A stretch of 64,000 nt of DNA from Chloroflexota bacterium (GTDB lineage: Bacteria; Chloroflexota; Dehalococcoidia; JABGRK01): positions 141,969-205,968 of the forward strand of contig JABGRK010000009.1 of the NCBI GenBank assembly GCA_018648325.1, written 5' to 3'. Both the position numbers and the translations under genes were made by a program. Below, one piece after another: positions 38,445 through 47,475 of the stretch; positions within the stretch are counted from its first letter, which is position 1, and each line of letters starts with the position of its first letter. Below the pieces are notes generated by a model. That model was not told the DNA's origin. It searched no databases and was given only the letters and a program-made list of their open reading frames with translations.

Positions 38445-38885
38445 CTAGCCAAATTTCCTGCGCCATCCTACGCACAGGTACATTAGCGAAAAAATGAAAA
38501 AGAATACCAACAGTCCCAGGAAAAGATATGCAGATACACTAGGCTTGACCTGTACAGTCACACCAATAGCAGAGTATGCACCCCAAATAACAGCTGGCAG
38601 ATACACGCTTAAGGCCACCGCCGACATTAAAGCTCCGATCCCGCTGCCAATAACAGGCTTCCTGATAACCACTAAAGGACTAAATACAAACAGAGCAACA
38701 ATCGACACTGCCAGCATCCGAAGCCAAAGGTATCCATTTCCGTTTTGCAAAGCCTCTATAGCAGAGGTAAGGAATATTGCAACGCCGCATGTTAAATAGA
38801 TCGTATTTGCACCAAACTCCTTTTTCGACTTGCCTTGCGATGTTTCCATGTCCACAATAATACCTCTACACTTAACAGACGTCAA
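38445..38885 (-). CDS. membrane protein
   Basis: hydrophobicity. Confidence 0.4.
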   Translation of the reverse strand: MTSVKCRGIIVDMETSQGKSKKEFGANTIYLTCGVAIFLTSAIEALQNGNGYLWLRMLAVSIVALFVFSPLVVIRKPVIGSGIGALMSAVALSVYLPAVIWGAYSAIGVTVQVKPSVSAYLFLGLLVFFFIFSLMYLCVGWRRKFG

Positions 38886-38912
38886 TAATGATTGCTATTA
38901 TATGACAAGCCA

Positions 38913-38941
38913 TTGACTACCACCTCGATTGATGCGATACT
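38913..38941 (+). promoter_or_regulatory. promoter TTGACT-N17-GATACT
   Basis: shares …CACCT…ATGCGATACTA(CA/TG)TAG with 34786..34815. Confidence 0.45.
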
Positions 38942-38977
38942 ACATAGAAAGAAGATTGCCTTCAGATAAGGAGAAAT

Positions 38978-39544
38978 ATGTACTGTAAAACATGTGGGGG
39001 GCAAAACAACGACAATGCCGATTATTGCGTAACCTGTGGCGCAAAACTGACTTCGGCAGCTGCGCAGTATGAAGGTCATACTACGGGAACAGGTGGACCG
39101 GCATTCAGGCAGCGCCATGGTTGTCTGACTGCGTACCTTGTTGTGATATTAATTCTTTACTCTCTCAGCCTACTCATAACACCAATATCCTTAGCCTCAC
39201 GAGATTTTTTCGAGCAAACATATCCGGAATACGCAATAGCTGCTAACTGGTCAACATGGGTCAGTTTGGTGCTCAACGTTGCTATAATCGCCTTTGCTGT
39301 TGCCATTTTCAAGTGGAAGAAATGGGCGGTCTATGGATTCATCGTTGCATTTGCCATCCAGTCTATTGTAGGCATCAGCAACACCAGCAGCATAGCGGGC
39401 ATGCCTGGTATTACCGACGACATAGCTTCGATTGCCACAGCCATCACCATAGTCGCATCAATCATAGTCTATGTCCTGATAATCGGCTTGTTCATAGTGT
39501 CTCTCAGAATGGGCAGGCCCAGCGGCTGGAACCAGATGGATTAG
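38978..39544 (+). CDS. zinc-ribbon + TM protein (family member 3)
   Basis: MYCKTCGGQNNDNADYCVTCG…. Confidence 0.55.
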   Translation: MYCKTCGGQNNDNADYCVTCGAKLTSAAAQYEGHTTGTGGPAFRQRHGCLTAYLVVILILYSLSLLITPISLASRDFFEQTYPEYAIAANWSTWVSLVLNVAIIAFAVAIFKWKKWAVYGFIVAFAIQSIVGISNTSSIAGMPGITDDIASIATAITIVASIIVYVLIIGLFIVSLRMGRPSGWNQMD

Positions 39545-39564
39545 AAGATATATAAGGAGAGTAC

Positions 39565-39768
39565 ATGTACTGTGAAAAGTGCGGAACGCATATCGAAAAC
39601 GCAAGCGCCGAATTTTGCTTTAAATGCGGAACCACACTGGCAAAAGTGTCAGGCCAATCCCCCACGCCAACTACACAACAGGCTGGCTCGCCTGCTGCTG
39701 CGCCCGTCCCGGAAACCTCGTTTAGTGTTGACTCAGCTCCGGTGGTATATCCTCAAACTCTTTTTTAG
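39565..39768 (+). CDS. zinc-ribbon-only family member with Pro/Thr-rich tail
   Basis: MYCEKCGTHIENASAEFCFKCG…. Confidence 0.4.
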   Translation: MYCEKCGTHIENASAEFCFKCGTTLAKVSGQSPTPTTQQAGSPAAAPVPETSFSVDSAPVVYPQTLF

Positions 39769-40057
39769 ATAGAACGATCAATATAAGCGCAAACAACCCA
39801 AAGAGCATACCGCTTACTAAACTACAAATGCCACCAAAAAGGATCGCCAGCTTATAATTTTCACCCTTGAATACAAAGCGGCGCGCGCCCCAGATAGAAC
39901 CAATACCAGCTATAAGAACAGCCACTCCCGTTATATGGTCCCACGTGCTGTACCTGTTCCATCCCAGAAATATAAATCCGGCAATTGCCAAACCCAATGC
40001 CCCGGAAAATACAGCCAACACTCCGGCAGCGCCTATATTATCACGTCCGTATGCCAA
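39722..40057 (-). CDS. TM-only relative of the zinc-ribbon/TM family (opposite strand, 3' overlap with 39565..39768)
   Basis: C-term …LSKKEFEDIPPELSQH parallels …ISKKEFDAQPQ / …MSRKEFYNKPEQ. Confidence 0.45.
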   Translation of the reverse strand: MAYGRDNIGAAGVLAVFSGALGLAIAGFIFLGWNRYSTWDHITGVAVLIAGIGSIWGARRFVFKGENYKLAILFGGICSLVSGMLFGLFALILIVLSKKEFEDIPPELSQH

Positions 40058-40229
40058 TGCAGTTACCCACTCTATCTAATCAGTCAAAGAATATTAACTC
40101 ACTTGCACATACTCGGTCAACCACAAAATCATGTAATTGTCACAACAACCCAATCCTGAGCAATACATACTAGAGAACAAAAACCTTCCCCTCAAGCCAA
40201 ACCCATAGTATAATAGCGCAAAGATATTC

Positions 40230-40982
40230 GTGACACGAAACCAAGGAGCTATGCACATGTCAGATACAACCGAGCTAACACAGCAGTGGTTTAAAAACTG
40301 GTCCAACGATTACGACAATACGCTTGGCAAGATCAAACGCCACCAGCAACTACTGGACATGGCCGTTAAAATATCAAAGGTCAAAGGTAGCGAGCGTGTG
40401 CTGGATATCGGCGTGGGCACAGGCCTGCTGGCGCTTAAGTTTCTGGCCAAGGCAGGCTGCACCGTCGTGGGCATAGACTACTCCCGTGATATGATGGATA
40501 TCTGCACCGATAAGATAAAAAAACTGAATTTAGGCAATAGAATCGAGTGCAAAATAATGGACGCCGCAGCGCTCGATTTCCCAAAAAACTCATTCGATAT
40601 AGCAGCCGCAACAGTAACGCTGCACCATATCAAAAACAAGCTGCCGGTCATTAAGGCTATACGCAACGTGCTAAAGCCCGGTGGCAGGTTCGTTCTGGGC
40701 GACCTGGATATGGACACAACGGGTTCTCACACTAATCCCAAACGCCTGGCGCGCATTCTGGACTACCTTATGCCGGAACTGGTTGAGGCGCTAAAAGACG
40801 GCGGCGTGCAGGGCTTTTCGCGCATGTACGATAACGGCAAAAAACACATACTCAACGATGGCGAGTACTGCGTCAGCTTTGAGCAGTGGTCCGATCTGTG
40901 CTACAAGGCAGGATTTACTAAAGTGGTCTACAAATCAATGCCCAATTTCGAACGATTCAAGGTGCTTTGCGCCTATAAATAA
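40230..40982 (+). CDS. class I SAM-dependent methyltransferase
   Basis: VLDIGVGTGLLALKF motif I. Confidence 0.75.
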   Translation: MTRNQGAMHMSDTTELTQQWFKNWSNDYDNTLGKIKRHQQLLDMAVKISKVKGSERVLDIGVGTGLLALKFLAKAGCTVVGIDYSRDMMDICTDKIKKLNLGNRIECKIMDAAALDFPKNSFDIAAATVTLHHIKNKLPVIKAIRNVLKPGGRFVLGDLDMDTTGSHTNPKRLARILDYLMPELVEALKDGGVQGFSRMYDNGKKHILNDGEYCVSFEQWSDLCYKAGFTKVVYKSMPNFERFKVLCAYK

Positions 40983-41145
40983 CCCTTCGGGCAGCAAAAT
41001 GGAAATAACAATCGTATTGCCTATGTACAGCATTGCACCATAAGCAAGACGCAGTAGAATACGAAAAACCCCATGCGTGCGGGATACAGGAGGTTGATAA
41101 CAACCTCAATCGACCATAAAGCTAAGCGATATTAAGGAGAAAACA

Positions 41146-42378
41146 ATGACTGACAACAAACCCAACGCAGTACTAATAAAAGGCGGCACGCTTATAGACG
41201 GAACCGGCGCCGCACCCATAAAAAACGCCGATGTCCTCATAGAAGGTAATTCAATTAAGAGCGTCGGTAATAATATACAAACTCCCGCTGGAGTCGAGGT
41301 CATCGCCGCCAAAGGCAAAACGATTATGCCCGGACTGATCGATTCACATATACACCTGTGGGGTAGCGTTGCAGGCGGCATACAGGAATGGCTGACAAGA
41401 CCACTCGAGCTTGGCCTGCTTAAGGCCGCTAACGATGCCAAGGCCATGCTTAATGCCGGATTCACCACGGTCAAATGCTGCGGTTCCAGAAATGGACTAC
41501 ATCTCCGTAATTCTGCTGCTGAAGGAACGATTAATGGCGTGCCCCGCATCATAGCATCGGGCCACTGGATATGCCAGACATTCGGCCACGGCGATCCTCA
41601 CATCCTACCCACCGAGTACGTGGACATGCGCACTACAAAACATCACTCCGTATTCACCGATGGACTGCTGGCCGATGGCGTTGACGAGTGCATCAAGGCC
41701 ACACGCCACGCACTTCGCGCCGGCGCCGACTTCGTCAAGATACACGTTTCCGGCGGCTTCACATCGCCACTGGACAAGGTCACCGACGTTCAGTTCAACC
41801 TTTCGGAGATAAAAGCGATATCTGACACCGCAATGCAGGTGGGTAAGTACGTTACCGCCCACTACCAGAAGTCTATTGCGGCCTTAAGGAACGCAATCTT
41901 AGGCGGTGTAAAAACTATTGAACACGCCCTCTTAACCGATGACAAGAGCGTAGAAATGGCAATGGAAAAGGACTGCATCTTCGTATCCACCATTGGTGTC
42001 CTGCGCAGGTCTTTTGAGAATATGACCGAAAACGCTCAGCTTATGATGGAAAGCTATAATCGCCTGACCAAAGCTGGGGCAACATTCGCCATGGGCACCG
42101 ATAACATGGGCATCGCCGACACAGCTGGCAAAAATGCGCGTGAGCTTGAACTGCTTACCCATTTCTGCGATATCTCCACGATGGATGCCATAGTCATGGC
42201 TACAAAGAATGGAGCCAAGGCCTGCTTCATGGGCGATCAAGCCGGTACGATCGAAGCTGGCAAACTGGCCGACATCATCTTGGTTGATGGTGACCCTCTC
42301 AAGGACATCACCATCCTGCAAAACGCCGACAAAATAAAGATGGTCATGCTGGAAGGCAAGGTCAAAAAGCAGGCCTGA
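41146..42378 (+). CDS. metal-dependent amidohydrolase family protein
   Basis: …MPGLIDSHIHL…. Confidence 0.8.
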   Translation: MTDNKPNAVLIKGGTLIDGTGAAPIKNADVLIEGNSIKSVGNNIQTPAGVEVIAAKGKTIMPGLIDSHIHLWGSVAGGIQEWLTRPLELGLLKAANDAKAMLNAGFTTVKCCGSRNGLHLRNSAAEGTINGVPRIIASGHWICQTFGHGDPHILPTEYVDMRTTKHHSVFTDGLLADGVDECIKATRHALRAGADFVKIHVSGGFTSPLDKVTDVQFNLSEIKAISDTAMQVGKYVTAHYQKSIAALRNAILGGVKTIEHALLTDDKSVEMAMEKDCIFVSTIGVLRRSFENMTENAQLMMESYNRLTKAGATFAMGTDNMGIADTAGKNARELELLTHFCDISTMDAIVMATKNGAKACFMGDQAGTIEAGKLADIILVDGDPLKDITILQNADKIKMVMLEGKVKKQA

Positions 42379-42442
42379 TTAGCGGCCTGCATACCCGTAA
42401 CCGCATTGACAATTTGCCCTTTTTGTGCATATGCTGTAATGT

Positions 42443-43380
42443 ATGAAAAAGCTTTTGCCCGTCCTTTTAACCTTGCTAATTCTATCCGGCCTTCTGCATT
42501 CCGGCTGCTCCAATGGCAGCGTCGCGGCTAACCCCCTCACCGCAGAGCTGTACATGATGAACGCAGACGGAACAAACGTCGTACAGCTCACCACCACAGG
42601 CTGGAAAGAGTACTTCGATATATCACCCGATGGCACTAAACTCGTGTATAGCACCCCGTCCAGCGGTTTCGGCTCAAGAGATGATGTCCATGTACTGGAC
42701 GTGCAAACCCGTATAGAAACCAACCTCACCAACAGCAAAAACATCGATGTACTTCCCTGCTGGTCAGCGCACAAAACAGCATCAACGTAGTAAATATTGA
42801 TGGCACAAACCCAACCATAATCTCGCAGGAAACAGGGCATTATCAATCACCCTGCTGGTCGCCAGACGGCCAGAAAATCGCATACTACTATAGTTCAGAC
42901 AAAGGCTATGACAAAGAGTATGATATCTATGTCAGCAACGCAGACGGATCAAACCCAACCAACCTCACCGAGAATTACCGTGAAATATCGACCATAGACA
43001 GCGTTAAGTGGTCACCGGATAGCACCATGCTGGCCTACACGATTAACGGAAACTGGGTACACGTGATGAATGCAGACGGTTCCAATAAAAGGTCCATAAC
43101 CCACACCTGGTTCGCCAGAAATTACAGGTGGTCACCAGGCAGCCTCCGCATCATTTTTGTATATACGATGGATAAATGGTCGCTCAATATAAATAAAAAT
43201 GAAATCTATACAAGCTCTGTAACTGGCTATGGAGTCGGCATCCGACTTACAAACAACGATGTCTGTGAATACGAAGCTCAGTACTCACCGGACGGCACAA
43301 AAATATTCTACGTGCGCAACGACGATGTAAAAATAACCCTCCCGCCCAACTACGATGACATGCCCAATCCCGGTGAATAA
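42443..43380 (+). pseudogene. TolB-like beta-propeller lipoprotein interrupted by -1 frameshift near 42770-42790 (A4/A5 run)
   Basis: …DISPDGTKLVYS… / …CWSPDGQKIAYYY…YSPDGTKIFYVRNDD; adding one A restores …LPCWSAHKNSINVVNIDG…. Confidence 0.6.
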
Positions 43381-43432
43381 TAAATATCACGCTACTAAGT
43401 AGCAGATTTAAATAGAGGAGGGCTGATATTCA

Positions 43433-43777
43433 TTGAGGCTTATTTATCGCATTAAAAAGCGCAAGTGGCTGATTATAAGCTGGCTAGCACTATTCGGCAC
43501 CTTTGCGCTCTTGAGCCTGACTATAGGCAATACCGTCAAGCCTTACCCTCCAAACATGATCTTTGAAAACCCGGATTTTCTGAGATATTTCAACCAACCT
43601 TTGTGGTCGCCTCTTTACAAGACAGGGTTTTTGCCTTGGGACTCACCTGGCTTCACTACCGTGTGGTGGCGTTGGCGCGCTTTCATCGGGGGCATGATCT
43701 GGTGGGCATTGCTGTCATCGGCAATAGTATATGCGAGCAACTACCTACTCAAGACACCCAACCGCAATACCCGTTAA
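43433..43777 (+). CDS. small membrane protein (LPWD family, paralog of 50162..50584)
   Basis: …FNQPLWSPLYKTGFLPWDSPG… vs …FNRFWWPSYSERGLLPWDAHSG…. Confidence 0.4.
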   Translation: MRLIYRIKKRKWLIISWLALFGTFALLSLTIGNTVKPYPPNMIFENPDFLRYFNQPLWSPLYKTGFLPWDSPGFTTVWWRWRAFIGGMIWWALLSSAIVYASNYLLKTPNRNTR

Positions 43778-43898
43778 TACCTCCTTACTGATCACCAACA
43801 CCTATCTACGTATGCGCAGCATCCCAACCTTCATACAAACGCAGTAAAGTACAAAAAACCTTGACTTGCATGAAGCTATCGCCATATAATGTGCGCAT

Positions 43899-44297
43899 AT
43901 GAACAGCACAGACAAACTGAAATGGACAGCACGCGCGTATTACATAGCGGCAATACTCAGCCTGGCGGGGATTTGTCTCTTTTTAGCCTTCTACGATATC
44001 AGACCCAATATGAGGTTTAACGAAGGACCGCTTATATTTCTGGCAATCTTTGGCACAATCATGCTTATAGGCGGCTTTATTTCGTGGTTTTCCCCATCGA
44101 ATGGAGGCATACTTACGTTAACCATCACCCCACTGGTATTGCTTTTCTTTATGGGTGCATTGTGCGGATGGAGCCCACATGGCTCGTTTATATTTGTCCT
44201 GCCCCCTTTTGTGCCTATGTTCGTCAGCGGCATACTGCACATCAGGCTGAACAATCGTCTCAACCATAAAAATGAAGCATTACATGAAACGCTCTAG
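43899..44297 (+). CDS. membrane protein
   Basis: TTGACT-N18-TATAAT promoter upstream; hydrophobic. Confidence 0.4.
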   Translation: MNSTDKLKWTARAYYIAAILSLAGICLFLAFYDIRPNMRFNEGPLIFLAIFGTIMLIGGFISWFSPSNGGILTLTITPLVLLFFMGALCGWSPHGSFIFVLPPFVPMFVSGILHIRLNNRLNHKNEALHETL

Positions 44298-44367
44298 CCC
44301 AACATATCGAACTTTTTATGCTAATAAGGGCTATATATATAGTAAGGACGCAAGGAGCTAGCAAGGC

Positions 44368-44913
44368 TTGACAGAAACGACGAAGGTGCAGGACTTCGAG
44401 CAGGTCTTTCACCAATACAAAGGCTGGGTATACAAAACAGCCTACCTGATAACGGGCGATCATCAAAAAGCAGAGGACGTTATGCAGGAAGTCTTTATAA
44501 GCGCATATAAATTTTCAAACACGTACGACGCCAGCAAAGGCAGCTACACCAACTGGTTGCGCCGTATCACCGTAAACCAATGCACAAGGAGCAGTCGCAG
44601 AAAAATCCTACCATCATCTTCTATCGAAGAGATGCAGGATAACGGCCATGGTATATCGGACAACAGTATGCCCGTAGATGAGCAGGTGTTGCTTACAGAT
44701 CAGATCAGCCGCCTCCTAAAATCTCTTGACAACAAGTACCGTGCCGTACTCATCCTGCGATTCTATGAGGACCTGTCATATGCCGAGATCGGCGATATAC
44801 TCCATATACCGCTGGGAACGGTCAAATCGCGTATACACATGGCCATCAGCACACTGCAAAACGGCCACCAAACTACCGAGCAAAAGGAAACAACATATCA
44901 TGAACTGCGATAA
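44368..44913 (+). CDS. ECF-type RNA polymerase sigma factor (sigma-70 regions 2 and 4)
   Basis: …DVMQEVFISAYK… / …LSYAEIGDILHIPLGTVKSRIH…. Confidence 0.8.
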   Translation: MTETTKVQDFEQVFHQYKGWVYKTAYLITGDHQKAEDVMQEVFISAYKFSNTYDASKGSYTNWLRRITVNQCTRSSRRKILPSSSIEEMQDNGHGISDNSMPVDEQVLLTDQISRLLKSLDNKYRAVLILRFYEDLSYAEIGDILHIPLGTVKSRIHMAISTLQNGHQTTEQKETTYHELR

Positions 44914-45274
44914 CATGAAACAACTACTAATAAGCTACCACAATAATGAGGTCGATCCCGGCGAGCCCGATGCTATAAAGGCTCATCTGGAAACATGTCC
45001 TGATTGCCAACTCGAACACCGGTCGATCATAGACGTGCAATCGAAGTTCAAGCAGGTGCTGAGCACCACTGCCGAGTTGGTCTCGCCACCACCGGACGCA
45101 TGGCTGGCTATTCAGGGGCGTTTGGATCCTAACCGCAACCGCTTTGCCGGTCTAACAGAGCGAATAGCCAGAGCAACACGCAACTTCCTTGATACGCCTG
45201 TGTGGCAAAAAAGGCTGGTCGGCTCGCTTACAGCACTAACCACTCTGGCGTTAGTGGCAACGGTTATTCTGTAG
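44900..45274 (+). CDS. zf-HC2 anti-sigma factor (overlaps sigma gene by 14 nt)
   Basis: …AHLETCPDCQLEH…. Confidence 0.6.
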   Translation: MNCDNMKQLLISYHNNEVDPGEPDAIKAHLETCPDCQLEHRSIIDVQSKFKQVLSTTAELVSPPPDAWLAIQGRLDPNRNRFAGLTERIARATRNFLDTPVWQKRLVGSLTALTTLALVATVIL

Positions 45275-45393
45275 AGACTGGCCTACCTGCAAATCAGATC
45301 TTTGCTCGCCAACATGAGCGTCTACACCCTTCCATTACAACATTGTTTTGTTGTATACTGTGTGCAACTCTCCTGCGAGTAGAGAGGGCTAAA

Positions 45394-45798
45394 ATGTCAG
45401 AAGTTAAAATTAGGTTCTTCAGATGTATTCACGATTCCAAAGAATACGGCTCAAGTGAAGTCAATATAATTTCACGCATTTTCATGCAGATAGAGGTAGA
45501 TAGCCAGCTGAAGGGCAATCACTGTGCAGACGTAAAACATGCGCCATACGATCATACAGGGCTTATCGGCGACATTGAGGTTGGGCCCCCCATCGCGATT
45601 GCCGGCGATCTATACCTGGGCCCTATAGACCACCTGCTCTTTGGCGACGAGGCCGAAAAGTATTACAAAGGCCTGCTTGATCAAACAACCTGGGCAATCC
45701 ATATCGGCGGCAAGAAGCACAACGGACGCACGTACAACAGCACCTATCTTGCGGAATATGAGTTTACGTTCGAAGCCGCAGACCCATCAAATAACTAA
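45394..45798 (+). CDS. hypothetical protein
   Basis: ORF from MSEVKIRFF…. Confidence 0.3.
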   Translation: MSEVKIRFFRCIHDSKEYGSSEVNIISRIFMQIEVDSQLKGNHCADVKHAPYDHTGLIGDIEVGPPIAIAGDLYLGPIDHLLFGDEAEKYYKGLLDQTTWAIHIGGKKHNGRTYNSTYLAEYEFTFEAADPSNN

Positions 45799-45837
45799 CG
45801 CCCATCTACATGCGTACTCGCTCTCCGAAAAAAGCAA

Positions 45838-45930
45838 GTGCAGGATGCAATCCTGCCGGGGGCATCGGGGGTGTCCCCCGAACCTCTCTCTCCCTTCCCA
45901 CAAGAGTGGGGGATTAAGGGGGTTGATCAC
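45838..45930 (+). repeat. structured repeat R1 copy a (three consecutive hairpins)
   Basis: GCAGGATgcaATCCTGC; CGGGGGtgtCCCCCG; CCCACaagaGTGGG; ends …AAGGGGGTTGATCA. Confidence 0.55.
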
Positions 45931-46003
45931 CATTACTGACCACCAACGCTTATCTACGTGCGTATCTACTTACTGACCCTCATATAACGCAGTAGAATAC
46001 GAA

Positions 46004-46189
46004 TTACATATCGGATGCTGGTGTTCCGCCTATTACCCAGTCCTCTTTGGCAACATCTTCAAATATCACCGTGGTCGCTTCTGCTGGAGCTCCAACCGCA
46101 GCGGTTACAGCCTCGGTAATTCGCTTTGCCAGATCAACCTTCTGCTCTTTCGGCCTTCCCTCCCACATCGACACTCTTACAAACGGCAT
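46004..46189 (-). CDS. 4-oxalocrotonate tautomerase family protein
   Basis: MPFVRVSMWEGRPKEQK… (Pro1 after Met). Confidence 0.7.
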   Translation of the reverse strand: MPFVRVSMWEGRPKEQKVDLAKRITEAVTAAVGAPAEATTVIFEDVAKEDWVIGGTPASDM

Positions 46190-46287
46190 AACGTTTCCCT
46201 CCTATATGCATACTGATTTAATCGTAAGCTACATTATATCACCGCTGCCCCTCGACCGCTGTACATCGCAATAAAACCTAAAGAAAG

Positions 46288-46380
46288 TGGTGCAGGATTC
46301 TTCCTGCCGGGGGTTTGGGGGTGTCCCCCAAATCTCTTAATCCTTTCCCCCATGAGTGGGGGATCAAGGGGGTTGATCAG
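46288..46380 (+). repeat. structured repeat R1 copy b (~85% identical to copy a, compensatory stem changes)
   Basis: GCAGGAttctTCCTGC; TGGGGGtgtCCCCCA; CCCCCAtgagTGGGGG. Confidence 0.55.
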
Positions 46381-46476
46381 TTTGTGGACAAACAATGGGT
46401 AACTTACCTCAAGGCTCAGCATTGTTTCTTACTGAGTGCCACTCTGGCCTACAGCCAAACGATGGGTAATTTAAAA

Positions 46477-47304
46477 CTATGCAGACCAGAGTTCGCCCAT
46501 GTCATCACTGACAGCCTTGTGCCTGTGCTCGGTGGCAAGGAACAGTTCGCTGAAAACTTCAGGAAGTTTTTCGTCAAGAACTTTCACTCCCGCTTCGGTA
46601 ATACCGCCCTCTGTAGCTACACGCTGGACAATGGTGTCAAACGATAGCTTTCGCTTGGTAATCAGTGTTGCCGTGCCCAGCATGGTCTTGCGCACCATTT
46701 CTTCTGCCTCTTCAGGGGTGAAACTGCTGTGCTTAACAGCCTCGGCAATGAAATACTTCATCATGGCTGCCATAAAGGCGGGAGCGCAACTGGTAAGGTT
46801 GGCACCTACCTCAAATTGATCCTCGTCCAGTATTTTGAAATTGCCTATCTTGGAAAACCACATCTCCACCCGTGCCGACTCGTCCTCGGTCACCTTATCG
46901 TTGTGGTGTATCAGCGTAACGCAGTTTTTGGTGCCACATACCAGCGATGGAATAACGCGGGTTAGCTGACCATCGAATATCTTGGAAACATTCTCCATGG
47001 ACAGTCCGGCACTAATTATAACAATATGCTTATCCTGGCTGAGTTGAGGTTTCATTTCTTCGATAATACCTTTTACGTCTTCTATGCGTACGCAGATGAA
47101 TATTGTCCGGCTCTTTTCGGCAAGTTCGACATTAGAGCGAACAAGCTCCATACCCGGATTACTCGACGCAAACCCCGACAGCTTGTCTCGCGAACGTGTG
47201 CAAAGAATAACCTCTTCCTGAACCAGCGCACCATAGCGCAACAGAGAGCGCAACAGCACACTACCCATACTACCAAAACCGATAAATCCAACTTTAGCTT
47301 CCAT
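46477..47304 (-). CDS. proC: pyrroline-5-carboxylate reductase
   Basis: …VGFIGFGSMGS… Rossmann + ProC C-terminal domain. Confidence 0.85.
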   Translation of the reverse strand: MEAKVGFIGFGSMGSVLLRSLLRYGALVQEEVILCTRSRDKLSGFASSNPGMELVRSNVELAEKSRTIFICVRIEDVKGIIEEMKPQLSQDKHIVIISAGLSMENVSKIFDGQLTRVIPSLVCGTKNCVTLIHHNDKVTEDESARVEMWFSKIGNFKILDEDQFEVGANLTSCAPAFMAAMMKYFIAEAVKHSSFTPEEAEEMVRKTMLGTATLITKRKLSFDTIVQRVATEGGITEAGVKVLDEKLPEVFSELFLATEHRHKAVSDDMGELWSA

Positions 47305-47475
47305 CTTCTCACCCTCACTTCAGTTACATTGTGCAGCAATAATAACACACATGCCACACAAGTCAAAAAGGCATACTCATAGCGAGTACGCCCTGTACAA
47401 ACCATTCCTCTTTTTAGACTAAACAAACCAACTACAACGGCTCCGTAATGATCGTGATTATCACGCCATCCTGCT

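Noticed and set aside
39565-40057. Ribbon-only and TM-only ORFs as halves of one gene separated by a site-specific inversion (shufflon-like switch)
   Set aside because: I could not find flanking inverted repeats or a recombinase. The two ORFs overlap convergently in a way more consistent with independent paralogs. Kept only as a possibility to test.
45838-46380. R1 repeats as integron attC sites flanking a gene cassette
   Set aside because: No intI integrase or attI is present in the window. The repeat ends do not match the GTTRRRY core. The two copies are direct repeats with the gene on the opposite strand.
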